Source: Octopus vulgaris (Eukaryota). From it: DNA of 64,000 bases. Location of the stretch: contig OX597838.1 in assembly GCA_951406725.2 (NCBI GenBank), positions 21,204,001 to 21,268,000 of the forward strand, read 5' to 3'. Numbering within the stretch: position 1 is the stretch's first letter; every line of letters begins with the position of its first letter. This document shows, one piece after another, positions 1-11,014 of the stretch. The notes beneath the pieces are model-generated. The model worked only from the letters and a program-made list of their open reading frames with translations, did not search any database and was not told where the DNA came from. Made by a program: the position numbers and the translations under genes.

Positions 1-130
1 ATGACAACAATGTTGATGATGATGATAAGTGTGATGGTGGTGAAAATGATGAAGATGATGAGGATGAAGATGATGTTGGTGATGACAATGATATTGATGA
101 TGACAATGATGTTGATGATGACAATGATGT

Positions 131-170
<40 letters not shown>
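1..170. repeat. (ATG)n-type trinucleotide microsatellite
   Basis: Degenerate then pure ATG/GAT run. Confidence 0.9.
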
Positions 171-172
<2 letters not shown>

Positions 173-189
173 CACAAACATTCACTTAC

Positions 190-327
190 CTGTTTGACAG
201 TTGCTACCCTCGTAACCTGAGGTACAACCTCCACTCGAACACACACCAGTCTGACGGTTGCACTTCTTGTTGTCAGCACAATGACAACTGCTTCTGCAGT
301 TTGCCCCAAATTTACCACTGGCACAAA
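190..327 (-). CDS. EGF exon (138 nt): CASGKFGANCRSSCHCADNKKCNRQTGVCSSGGCTSGYEGSNCQT
   Basis: Acceptor CTCTTTTACAG, donor CAG|GTAAGT; gene continues beyond position 1. Confidence 0.93.
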
Positions 328-349
328 CTGTAAAAGAGACACAGGAATT

Positions 350-1111
350 AAGATCTAATTCCAGAAACATCTCTGATTCATGGAAATATGTACAAGTTTT
401 ACCTGTTGCTGTTTTTTTCTTACTAAACCTATTTTTGTTTTCTTTAGCTGACCACAGAGATTTTTTTGCTTCATTAATGAAATTATATTTTGATGCGCGT
501 TTCTTCATCTCCTCTAGAGTTATTGGTTACTCTCCTACAATGTTCCACATGATGTGCTTAATTTCCCCTTTGGCTCTTAGGGCTGCTATTACTGTGTCAT
601 CAAAGGGTTCGCCATTTCTGGATACTAACCTGGATAGGCCGTCAGCATGTCCTAGCTTTTTCGAAGGTAAAGATTCCATTGCGTAGTTGTACTTTGGTAG
701 TATGGTATGGTGTCCCATCCCTGCAACCTGTTTGTTGTATGTACTAAGATTCCTTTCTTTGATCCATAAATCGTTAGCAACAGGTGATGCTCTGTTTGTA
801 GTCTAAATCATTTACCATGTATAAACCTGTGGAACATTTTTATACTAAATATAATCGCCAATGCCTCTTTTTCAGTTTAGCTACAATTTTTATCCACTGG
901 CAATAGCGTCCTTGATGCGTGAGCTATGGCCTTTCGACTACGATCGTCACATTTGTGTAGGAGTTCGGCATCTACCCCTACTCACTAGCATCTGTTGCCA
1001 GTATCATTTTCCACTTTGGATCGAAGTGCGTAAGCGACAAGTCTGAAGTTAACATGCTTTTTAGTTCCTCAAATGCTTTCTTTGAGTTGCTGTTTTTGCA
1101 ACTCAACTAAA
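350..1111 (-). mobile_element. Decayed Ty3/gypsy LTR-retrotransposon pol fragment (RNase H region)
   Basis: Minus-strand translation gives IAHASRTL, EKEALAIIF, FHRFIHG, NRLQ.W and GHADGLSRL with stops and frameshifts; boundaries approximate. Confidence 0.82.
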
Positions 1112-1426
1112 GTGGAGGCACATGGCCTAGTGGTTAGAGCAGCGGACTCACGGTCGAGGGATCGCTGGTTCGAATCTCAGACCAGGCGATGTGTGTGTTT
1201 ATGAGCGAAACACCTAAGCTCCACGCGGCTCTGGAAGAAGGTAATGGTGAACTTCTGCTGACTCTTTTGCCACAACTTTCTCTCACTCTTTCTTCCTGCA
1301 TCTTGCAGCTCACCTGCGACGGACCGGCGTCCCATTCCGGTGGGGAACCTATACACCAAGAAACCGGGAAACTGGCCCTTATGAGCCAGGCATGGCTCGA
1401 GAAGGAACAAAACAAAAAAACAACAA
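1112..1426 (+). mobile_element. tRNA-derived SINE (GTGGAGGC..ATGGCC.AGTGG head) with (CAA)n tail and 13-bp TSD; related copies near 11730-12024, 39125-39242, 40480-40676, 51187-51300, 54270-54400
   Basis: A box TGGCCTAGTGG, B box GGTTCGAATC; TSD caactcaactaaa at 1099-1111 and 1427-1439. Confidence 0.88.
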
Positions 1427-2175
1427 CAACTCAACTAAACCCTCTAATAAGTTTTCCATAACTGTTTATAGCCTTGACACCACTGTTATAATGTGAATCC
1501 TCATCCACTTGCATATTGTTGTCGGCATTATTATATTCTTGTCACCAATATTATGTTGTGGCGGTATTCCACGTCTTATTATCTTTGACTCACCTAGCGT
1601 GCTACTGCTGATTGCTCCACAAGACAACAACTTTGAAATGTCTACCTTGACAGTAATTCGAACTCGTATATATCATGTAACCGACACTTACTCCAACTGA
1701 GAACTTGTACAATGCCTCTACTACTGCTGATCTTCTACAACGACTGACTGCCTGACTTTATAGTGGGAAGGAGAGTACTGGGTATAATTTTACTAATGTG
1801 TCCATCTGTTCTAATTTAATTAAATTCTATGTCTTTGTGCAGCTGAGGATTGCTCTACATTTTAAATTGATGTAATGACTGCATTATTCAATTAAATGGA
1901 GTCTCATAAAACAATCATACTGCATTACCTCTGGATGTCCTTGCTGCTTATTTTGTTTTATATATATATATATATTATGTGGATTCATTTCAGTTTCTGT
2001 CTACCAAATCTGCTCACAAGTTTTCGGTAGAGCCAGAGCTATAGTAGAAGACATTTGCAATTTGCCCAAAGTGCCATGCAGTGGGACTAAACTTGAACCA
2101 TGTGGACAGGAAGTAAACTTTATACTACACAGCCAATCCTATATTAATGATAAGCAGCAATAGTCATTCACCTAC

Positions 2176-2313
2176 CTGTTTGACAGTTGCTACCCTCATA
2201 TCCAGCAGCACATCCTCCACTAGAACAGCTACCAGACTGTGGGTTACACTTGCTGTTGTCAGCACAGTGACATGTGTTTCGGCAGTTTGGTCCAAATTTC
2301 CCTCTGCTACATC
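2176..2313 (-). CDS. EGF exon (138 nt): CSRGKFGPNCRNTCHCADNSKCNPQSGSCSSGGCAAGYEGSNCQT
   Basis: Acceptor TTTTGTAG, donor CAG|GTAGGT. Confidence 0.93.
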
Positions 2314-2773
2314 CTACAAAAACAGACAATAACCTCTAAGAATTGGAATTCATTAGACATAATAGTTAGAATATAAGCAGCAGGCCCTGCAGTACATCTG
2401 AATGGTAACCTAAAAAAAGTTAAGTTCTCAGGCAAAGAAATCGGTCAGCTACTTCACATTTTGTAAATGGAATAGTAAAAATATACGAGATTTTACTAAG
2501 GTTCAGCAACCAAACTTCAAGTCATTAAAAGTGAAAGGTATCATACATACAATATTCTCATGGGATTAGAGAGATGGTGATGGCTTAGCTGTGGTGAGAA
2601 ATCTGTTTCCCAACTACATGGTTCCCGGTTCAGTCCCACTGCATGGCACCTTTGGCAAGTGCCTTCTAGTATAGCTGCAAGCTGACTAAAGTCTTATGAA
2701 TGAATTTGGTTGGTAGAAACTGACAGAACTCCATCATATAAACATACATAAAAATTTTTTTTCCGATGGCCAA

Positions 2774-2832
2774 ATAACTGAAGAGATGGCGGCGTGGATT
2801 TCCACCTCGGCATCCGAAACTTGGAGTTTTAT
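2774..2832 (+). ncRNA. Type I hammerhead ribozyme-like motif
   Basis: AUAA-CUGAAGA-[GAUG...CAUC C]-GAAA-CU UGG AG-UU-UUAU; stems I, II and III can pair. Confidence 0.55.
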
Positions 2833-3306
2833 CATGGCTAACAAATAATTGTCACATATTACACTTACAGATATATATATATATATATATATATATATGA
2901 CCGGCTTTCAGTTTCCGTCTACCAAATCCACTCACAAGGCTTTGGTCGGCCCGAGGCTATAGTAGAAGACCGTTGTCCAAGGTGCCACGCAGTGGGACTG
3001 AACCCAGAACCATGTGGTTAGTAAGCAAGCTACTTACCACACAGCCACTCCTGTGCCTATTCATATATTCGTAAAACCCTAGAACTGTTCTGAAACAAGC
3101 AATGAAGTTTTGTCACTTCAATAACAATCTACTTGAATTCTGAAAAGATGTTCAATAAATTTCAAAGAAAAACACAGAAGTGCACACGTATATACATTAA
3201 GCCCAAATTCAGATCTTGATATTTTGCCTGATCTGTCTGTCAATTTGGTTTCTGCTCTACACAGTTTGTTCTTTAGCTACAGTAGTTATAAACAGTGTTC
3301 ACTTGC

Positions 3307-3444
3307 CTGTTTGACAGTTGCTGCCTTCATAACCTGCAGCACATCCTCCACTTAAACACACACCAGAGTTGACATTACACTTTCTGTTGTCTGCACAGTG
3401 ACATGTGTATTTACAGTTAGGTCCAAATCTACCTCTGCTGCACA
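3307..3444 (-). CDS. EGF exon (138 nt) with GC donor: CSRGRFGPNCKYTCHCADNRKCNVNSGVCLSGGCAAGYEGSNCQT
   Basis: Acceptor ACATTGCAG after poly-T; donor CAG|GCAAGT at the position homologous to GT in the paralogous exons. Confidence 0.9.
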
Positions 3445-3580
3445 CTGCAATGTAAAAAAAAAAATTTTTTTATTGCATTTAGTTCATCATTATTGTTATC
3501 TCTGCCACCACCACTCACCATGATAGATCGCTAGCCACTAAACCTTTCTCCATTTTCTTTCTCTGTTTATTTTTGTATTC

Positions 3581-3616
3581 CTTTCTGTTGAAGAGCGTAA
3601 GCTCGAAACGTAAAAG
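3581..3616 (+). ncRNA. Minimal hammerhead-like motif with variant core CUGUUGA (second copy 37176-37213)
   Basis: CUUU-CUGUUGA-A-GAGC guaa GCUC-GAAA-CGUA-AAAG. Confidence 0.45.
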
Positions 3617-3720
3617 ACTTTCTCAGTTCCCGAATGTGAAACTAATACATCTGTTTGTTGTTTACACAACCGTGTTTGTCTCTTGTTTTTTGTAAATTCG
3701 TACTATATATATGTGGTCTT

Positions 3721-4058
3721 CTCATTCCTAAGGAATGTTGCTATTATTATTCAGGTCACTACCTGGAATCGAACTTGAATTCTTGGGGTAAGAGCACGGG
3801 CTACTAACCCCAAGATTCTGAGTTCGATTCCAGGCAGTGACCTGAATAACAACAACAACAACAACAACAATAATAATAATATCGAAAAATACCTTAGGAA
3901 TGTGAACCCAGGTTCGAAATTTCCTCAAGACACCTGATGAAGGCTGAAGGATATATAAGCTGAAACATTGTGTTAACAATAAACAAAATGAGGACAAATA
4001 TTCGTCAAATATAAATAATGTAAATAATGTACATAATTCCTCATCTCTAAGATATAGA
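3721..4058 (+). mobile_element. tRNA-headed SINE-like element with hammerhead motif (3929-3974) and inverted 5' segment
   Basis: B box GAGTTCGATTCC; (AAC/AAT)n linker; GACAC-CUGAUGA-A-GGCU..AGCU-GAAA-CAUU-GUGUU; (AATGTAAAT)n near 3' end; 3721-3793 is the reverse complement of the following head. Confidence 0.7.
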
Positions 4059-4075
4059 CCTGGAATATTACTCAC

Positions 4076-4218
4076 CTGTTTGACAGTTGCTACCCTGATA
4101 TCCTGCAGCACATCCACCACTTGAAACACACACCTGACACTGTTGACATTACACTTTCTGTTGTCTGCACAGTGACATGTGTATTTACAGTTAGGTCCAA
4201 ACTTACCCACAGAACAAA
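4076..4218 (-). pseudogene. Frameshifted EGF exon copy (143 nt instead of 138); possible 12-nt microexon 4207-4218
   Basis: Intact acceptor (TTTACAG) and donor (CAG|GTGAGT) but net +5 nt: CSVGKFGPNCKYTCHCADNRKCNVN, then out of frame; SSGGCAAGYQGSNCQT resumes in another frame. Internal G|GTAAGT at 4206-4201. Confidence 0.75.
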
Positions 4219-4475
4219 CTGTAAATAAAATTTGTATATAAGTATGTATGCATGTGTATATGTGAGCATATTAGATACATAATGTGAATTAAGAGAGGAA
4301 AGGGTATATATGCAAATATATATGGTGGTTGTCTACTCCTTATGCAGTGTTTGGCCACCTCCTGTACTTACACCACAGAACCATCATGGCATCTGATGTA
4401 GTTTTTTAAACCAGACAATGTTTTGAAAAAATACCCACATAGATTGCATATACGATTTGGACTACCAACTGATAC

Positions 4476-4880
4476 TTTTTTTTTTGCGGGGGGGGGGGGA
4501 GCACTCCGTCGGTTACGACGACGAGGGTTCCGGTTGATCCAAATCAACGGAACAGCCTGCTCGTGAAATTAACGTGTAAGTGGCTGAGCACTCCACAGAC
4601 ACGTGTACCCTTAACGTAGTTCTCGGGGATATTCAGCGTGACACAGAGAGTGACAAGGCCGGCCCTTTGAAATACAGGTACAACAGAAACAGGAAGTAAG
4701 AGTGAGAGAAAGTTGTGGTGAAAGAGTACAGCAGGGATCACCACCATCCCCTGCCGGAGCCTCGTGGAGCTTTAGGTGTTTTCGCTCAATAAACACTCAC
4801 AACGCCCGGTCTGGGAATCAAAACCGCGATCTTATGACCGCGAGTCCGCTGCCCTAACCACTGGGCCATTGCGCCTCCAC
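4476..4880 (-). mobile_element. tRNA-derived SINE with 12-bp TSD
   Basis: Head GTGGAGGCGCAATGGCCCAGTGG on minus strand; TSD accaactgatac at 4464-4475 and 4881-4892. Confidence 0.88.
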
Positions 4881-5337
4881 ACCAACTGATACAGTCTGTA
4901 CACATTCACACAAATTCAGAATATACATATATGTACACACACACTTACACAAAATACACACAACCATATTCTCACAATAACCTCCTGTGTTCACATCTAC
5001 ACACACACACACTCATGTATACGTATTTGCACATACACACAAACATGTATACGTACATGCACATACACACACACACAAACATATATGTGTCTGTACGTAC
5101 TCATACATACACACATATCCACACACATACGTACACATGTATATATATCACTCCTCTCATCCAGTCACACTCATCCTTTCTCAGCACACGACTCAACTAT
5201 CTCATCCCGTTTCTTTTCACACCATTCCCTGTTTCTCTTTCTTCACATCCAATGTTTATCTCAACAGGTGAAAAAGAGGCAAAAATGTGTGCACGTGTAT
5301 TACAGAACAAGTGTTTGTAAGTCAATTTCCTGGGGGC

Positions 5338-5884
5338 CCTATCACAGTTTTTATTCCACTTTGCGGACCCTATAACAGGGTGGAACCTATCACAGTTTTT
5401 ATTCTACTTTGCGGACCATACAACAGGGTGGAACCTATCACAGTTTTTATTCTACTTTGCGGACCCTATAACAAGGTGGAACCTATCACAGTTGTTATTC
5501 TACTTTGCGGACCCTATAACAGGGTGGAACCTATCACAGTTTTTATTCTACTTTGCGGACCTTATAACAAGGTGGAACCTATCACAGTTTTTATTCATAT
5601 TTGCGGACCCTATAACAGGGTGGAACCTATCACAGTTTTTATTCTACTTTGCGGACCCTATAACAGGGTGGAACCTATCACAGTTTTTATTCTACTTTGC
5701 GGACCCTATAACGGGGTGGAACCTATCACAGTTTTTATTCTACTTTGCGGACCCTATAACAGGGTGGAACCTATCACAGTTTTTATTCTACTTTGCGGAC
5801 CCTATAACAGGGTGGAACCTATCACAGTTTTTATTCTACTTTGCGGACCCTATAACAGGGTGGAACCTATCCCAGTTTTTATTC
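5338..5884. repeat. 48-bp minisatellite, 11 full copies plus 19 nt
   Basis: Unit cctatcacagtttttattctactttgcggaccctataacagggtggaa, with few substitutions between copies. Confidence 0.97.
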
Positions 5885-6198
5885 AATTTTGCCTTATTCT
5901 CTTCATTCCTCCCACCAATTCCCTTTCTCTCCTTTACTCCTCCATGTCTTTACCCTTGTCTTTCTTAACCTTCTCCTTCCTCTGCTTTCTTCCTTTCACA
6001 TTTATGTCTATCACACCTCTCACCCCGTCACATTCATTTTTCTCTGCACATGACTCGACTAGCCCATCCCATTTCTTTTCACATCATTCTCTGCGATTCT
6101 TTGTTTCTCTTCTTCTTTTCTCTTTCAACAGTGAATGAATGAATGAATGTATGTGCATATCTATGCATGTATGCATGCTTATATATGCTTATATATAT

Positions 6199-6624
6199 AG
6201 GCGCAGGAGTGGCTGTGTGGTAAGTAGCTTGCTAACCAACCACATGGTTCTGGGTTCAGTCCCACTGCGTGGCATCTTGGGCAAGTGTCTTCTGCTATAG
6301 CCCCGGGCCGACCAATGCCTTGTGAGTGGATTTGGTAGACGGAAACTGAAAGAAGCCTGTCGTATATATGTATATATATATATGTATATGTGTGTGTGTT
6401 TGTGTGTCTGTGTTTGTCCCCCTAGCATTGCTTGACAACCGATGCTGGTGTGTTTACGTCCCCGTCACTTAGCGGTTCAGCAAAAGGGACCGATAGAATA
6501 AGTACTGGGCTTACAAAGAATAAGTCCCAGGGTCGAGTTGCTCCATTAAAGGCGGTGCTCCAGCATGGCCGCAGTCGAATGACTGAAACAAGTAAAAGAG
6601 TAAAAGAGTAAAAGAGTAAGAGTA
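6199..6624 (+). mobile_element. Full-length microsatellite-containing SINE (AGGCGCAGGAGTGGCTGTGTGG head, (AGAGTAAA)n tail); the most abundant family in the window
   Basis: A box TGGCTGTGTGG, B box GGTTCAGTCC, internal (TA)/(TG) tract. Other copies near 9891-10492, 17410-17785, 20338-20757, 21433-21845, 22078-22490, 28266-28722, 37375-37820, 44578-45085, 46219-46614, 53434-53855, 54990-55405, 59703-60100, 62516-62928. Confidence 0.9.
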
Positions 6625-6682
6625 TGTGTGTATGCTTGTGAGAAGGTGTGAGCAAATGTTATATGCAATTTCCATTCCATAC

Positions 6683-6820
6683 CTTTATGGCAATTTGAGC
6701 CACTGTAGCCTGGTGCACAGCCACCACTTGAACAAACACCGGTGATATGATTACATTTGGTCACAATGGCACAGTGACATGTTTCTTTGCAGTTGAGACC
6801 ATAGCTGCCTTGCCGGCACA
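6683..6820 (-). CDS. EGF exon (138 nt): CRQGSYGLNCKETCHCAIVTKCNHITGVCSSGGCAPGYSGSNCHK
   Basis: Acceptor ATTTCAG, donor AAG|GTATGG. Confidence 0.92.
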
Positions 6821-7177
6821 CTGAAATATTAAGCAACAATACCATTATTAAAATGTAATCATCATCATCATCATTATCATCATTACAATCATCATCATCA
6901 CCATCCCTTACAACAGTGGCAGCAACAGCAGCAGCAGTAGCAGCATCACCATCACCACCATAACACCTACCATTACCACCACTACCATCATCATCATCAT
7001 CATCATCACCATCATCATCATCTCCAACAGCAGCAGTATCATCATCACCACCATAATCATCCCCATCGTCATCATCACCATCACCATCATCATCACAATT
7101 ATCATCATCACCATCACTTACAATGGTGGCAGCATCATCATCATCATCATCATCATCACCACCATAACCACCACCAC

Positions 7178-7595
7178 CAAGTATAAGGATATTGAAATAG
7201 AAATTGGCAAAATGAGGAGCCTCAAGACTAAAACAATACCTGTTGCCATAGGTGCCCTAGGAATGATAGCAAAAAGGGGCTGATTGCTACCTGGCTCAGA
7301 TACCAGGAAATCCAAAAATGGCAGAATTTCAATAAATAGTGCTCATGGGAACTGCCCATATCCTATGTAAAAAAACTGTCTATGTAATCTCAAATTTTAA
7401 AACAAACTTATAATTTTCTTAAACATTCTCTAGAACAATACTTTGTGCAAAACCAAATATATGGCACCCTAGTCATAACACCAACATGAACTTCTAACTT
7501 GTTGTCTCTTAAGGTCGCTGGGTGGGACTTGGAATAAACTTGTACAAATACAAAGCAAAAGCCAAGCATATAATAATAATAATAACAATAATAAC

Positions 7596-7623
<28 letters not shown>
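7178..7623 (+). mobile_element. 3' fragment of R4/Dong-like (restriction-like endonuclease) non-LTR element with (AAT)n tail
   Basis: KYKDIEIEIGKMRSLKTKTIPVAIGALGMI followed by a 3' UTR-like stretch and an (AAT)n run. Confidence 0.7.
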
Positions 7624-7626
<3 letters not shown>

Positions 7627-8209
7627 CCTTATTCAGGGACCTTTTGAGTGGGATGGGCTACTCGCCCAGAAGAAAATTCTAACTGGGCCCCACCTGCAAG
7701 GTCATGTGCTGTTTATCTTGGTTTGAGATCACCATATCACACACATATGGTTGTGATGCATGTGCCTGGTGTACCCTTATCAGATGGGTATACTGGGCTT
7801 CGTATATTTTACCCCAGTGTCACTTTGATGGCATGCACTGCTCTCTCACTCGACAACAACAAAAACAACAACAACAATAATAATAATAATATTAATAATA
7901 ATAATATTAATAATAATAATAATAAACCTTTCTACTATAGGCACAAGGCCTGAAATTTGGGGAGAGGGGAATAGTCAATTACACTGACCCCAGTGCATAA
8001 CTGGTTCTTATTTTAATGACCTGAAAGGATGAAAGGTAACATCAAACTCGGCAGAATTTGAACTCAGAATGTAGCAACAGATGAAATATCGCTAAGCATT
8101 TCACCCAACATGTTAACGATTCTGCCAGCTTGCCGCTTTGATAATGATGACAATGATGATTATAACAACAACAACAATAATAATAACAACAACAACAACA
8201 ACAACTTAC

Positions 8210-8347
8210 CTGACTGACAGTTATAGCCTCGGTAGCCATGTGAACATCTCCCAGTTATGCAGATACCCTTATCAGAGTAACACTTTCCATTGTTCAGACA
8301 ATGACACTTTCTGGCGCAGTTGATACCAAACGTACCGTGTGGGCATC
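8210..8347 (-). CDS. EGF exon (138 nt): CPHGTFGINCARKCHCLNNGKCYSDKGICITGRCSHGYRGYNCQS
   Basis: Acceptor ATTTCAG, donor CAG|GTAAGT; translated by hand. Confidence 0.92.
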
Positions 8348-8411
8348 CTGAAATGGTACAAGAATCATTTCTGGTATATGCAATGAGGCAGTATTAAATT
8401 AGAATAGCCAT

Positions 8412-8832
8412 CTCTCTTCACTCTTTTACTTGTTTCAGTCATTTGACTGCGGCCATGCTGGAGCACCACCTTTAGTCGAGCAAATCGACCCCGGGACTTA
8501 TTCTTTGTAAGCCCAGTACTTATTCTATCGGTCTCTTTTGCCGAACCGCTAAGTGACGGGGTCGTAAACACACCAGCATCGGTTGTCAAGCAATGCTAGG
8601 GGGACAAACACAGACACACAAACACATACACACACACATATATATATATATATATACATACATATATATGACAGGCTTCTTTCAGTTTCCGTCTACCAAA
8701 TCCACTCACAAGGCATTGGTCGGCCCGGGGCTATAGCAGAAGACACTTGCCCAAGATGCCATGCAGTGGGACTGAACCCGGAACCATGTGGTTGGTTAGC
8801 AAGCTACTTACCACACAGCCACTCCTGCGCCT
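8412..8832 (-). mobile_element. Same young SINE subfamily as 6199-6624, inverted orientation
   Basis: Shares diagnostic variants (ggcatcttggg, gccccgggccgaccaatgcc, cctagcattgc, agtactgggc). Confidence 0.9.
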
Positions 8833-9239
8833 ATTTACTATGCTTGGCCCTTTTGCATTGAAACCAGCCTTTTCCAACAGAAACATTCTGTTTTGTACTC
8901 AAACTGACCGGATCTGGCCTCTCATACTTACCTTACAATGGCATTCTAAAATCAACTCTAACACTTATTCTTTGTAAGCCTAGTACTCACACTATCGGAC
9001 TCTTTTACCAGACTGCTAGAATTACGGGGATGTAAACACACCAACATCGGTTGTCAAGCTACATTTATCCTATGTTACATCAGCACAGCTCAGTATGATC
9101 CCATAAAACTGGTGTAGCAAGTTGGAATCACTAACTAGACTGTGGCTATCATAGTAATTAATATATGAGCTTTTTATGCGTGTACTCAAACTGTTTACTG
9201 TAAACAAACTTAAAGGATATATACGTCTTTGTGTGTGTA

Positions 9240-9294
<55 letters not shown>

Positions 9295-9351
9295 TTTTAA
9301 AAAAAATGTAATTTAAACATTGAATTCTCTTAACCCGATGATCAAGTTTAA

Positions 9352-9573
9352 CCCTTTCGTTACTGTATTTATTTTGAGATGCTCTGTATTTCTTTGAATT
9401 AATTATAAATATAACAAAGGATTTAGTAAAATAACTTAGGTATCATTAAGCTAGTGTTAGGAACATAAACTGTGACTAAGGTTTGGTGGAAGATTTTAAT
9501 TTAAAACTTATGAAAACAAGACATTTGTACTACAGAGCCAGAGCCGGTTTCAGCCGTGTTGGTAACGAAAGGG
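9352..9573. mobile_element. piggyBac-type MITE (TTAA TSD); tandem partial copies at 29357-29693
   Basis: TTAA|CCCTTTCGTTAC ... GTAACGAAAGGG|TTAA. Confidence 0.85.
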
Positions 9574-11014
9574 TTAATGTCTGCATTAATTTAAAAATTG
9601 TACAAATTCTAACACGTAAGTAATTTATTTTACATTATAAAGTATAATAAAATAAAATGTTACTTTATTATAACAAAAAAAAGCATTTTTGCCAGGTAGC
9701 AACAGGTAATAATTAACAATAAGGATTTCTCTCAAAACAGGACGTAATACCCGGTGAATCAACCGAACTGATTGGTTCTATATCAGCTGAGCCAAGTGAC
9801 AGTAAATCCTGTTGAAATCTGATTGGTTGATACAGCTGGCTCTTTGCCATTCATCTGATTAAAATGTTTATTTTCTTTTTTTTACATATTCTCTTTACTC
9901 TCTTTTACTCTTTTACTTGTTTCAGTCATTTGACTGTGGCCGTGCTGGAGCACCACCTTTAGTCGGGTAAATCGACCCTAGGACTTATTCTTTGTAAGCC
10001 TAGTACTTATTCTATTGGTCTCTGTAACCGAACTGCTAAGTTATGGGGACGTAAACACACCAGCATCAGTTGTCAAGCGATGTTGGGGGGGGGGGGGGCA
10101 AACACAAATACATAAATACGCACATACACATACACATATATATACATATATACGACAGGCTTCTTTCAGTTTCCATCACCAAATCCACTCACAAGGCTTT
10201 GGTCGGCCCGAGGCTATAGTAGAAGACACTTGCCCAAGGTGCCACGCAGTGGGACTGAACCCGGAACCATGTGGTTAGTAAACAAGCTACTTACCACACA
10301 GCCACTCCTATGCCTATATACATATATACGACAGACTGCTTTCAGTTTCCATCTACCAAATCCACTCACAAGGCTTTGGTCGGCCCGAGGCTATAGTAGA
10401 AGACACTTGCCCAAGGTGCCACGCAGTGGGACTGAACCCGGAACCATGTGGTTGGTAAGCAAGCTACTCACCACATAGCCACTCCTGTGCCTAGTGCATG
10501 ATGCAACACTTTTGCTCATCAATAAAAACACAGGTCTGAAACAATTGTAATGAACTACAACCATCTGTCATCATCATTTAATGTCCATTGTCCATGCTGG
10601 CATGGGTTGGACTGTTTGACCAGGGCTGGCAAGCTGGAAAGCTGCACCAGACTCCAGTCTGGTTTGCCATGGCTTCTATAGCTGGATGCCCTTCCTAATG
10701 CCAACCACTCCGAGAGTGTAATGAGTGCTTTTACATGCTACCTGCACAGGTGCCATTTGTGTAACACCAGTATCTGCCACGACTGCTTGATGGGCCTTCT
10801 TCTCAAGCACGACATAATGCCAAAAGTTTCAGTCATTCGTCATTGCCTCTGTGAGGCCCAACACTCAAAAGAACCTTGCCTTGCATTTGGACATGGAGTT
10901 TATGGGCAATAAAGAAATAAGAACAAATGAACTCACATCATTCTTCTCCCTATTTGTGTGAGTATCTATGTATGCACCACTGTATATATGTCATTTTTCA
11001 GTTTTATTTCAAGA

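Noticed and set aside
182-508. Single 108-aa ORF as an N-terminus plus EGF
   Set aside because: Chance read-through from intronic retroelement-derived sequence into the exon; the acceptor at 329-328 matches the paralogous exons.
5338-5884. CRISPR array or 283-aa protein gene
   Set aside because: Contiguous 48-bp units with no unique spacers, in eukaryotic intronic context; the ORF is a by-product of a stop-free unit whose length is divisible by 3.
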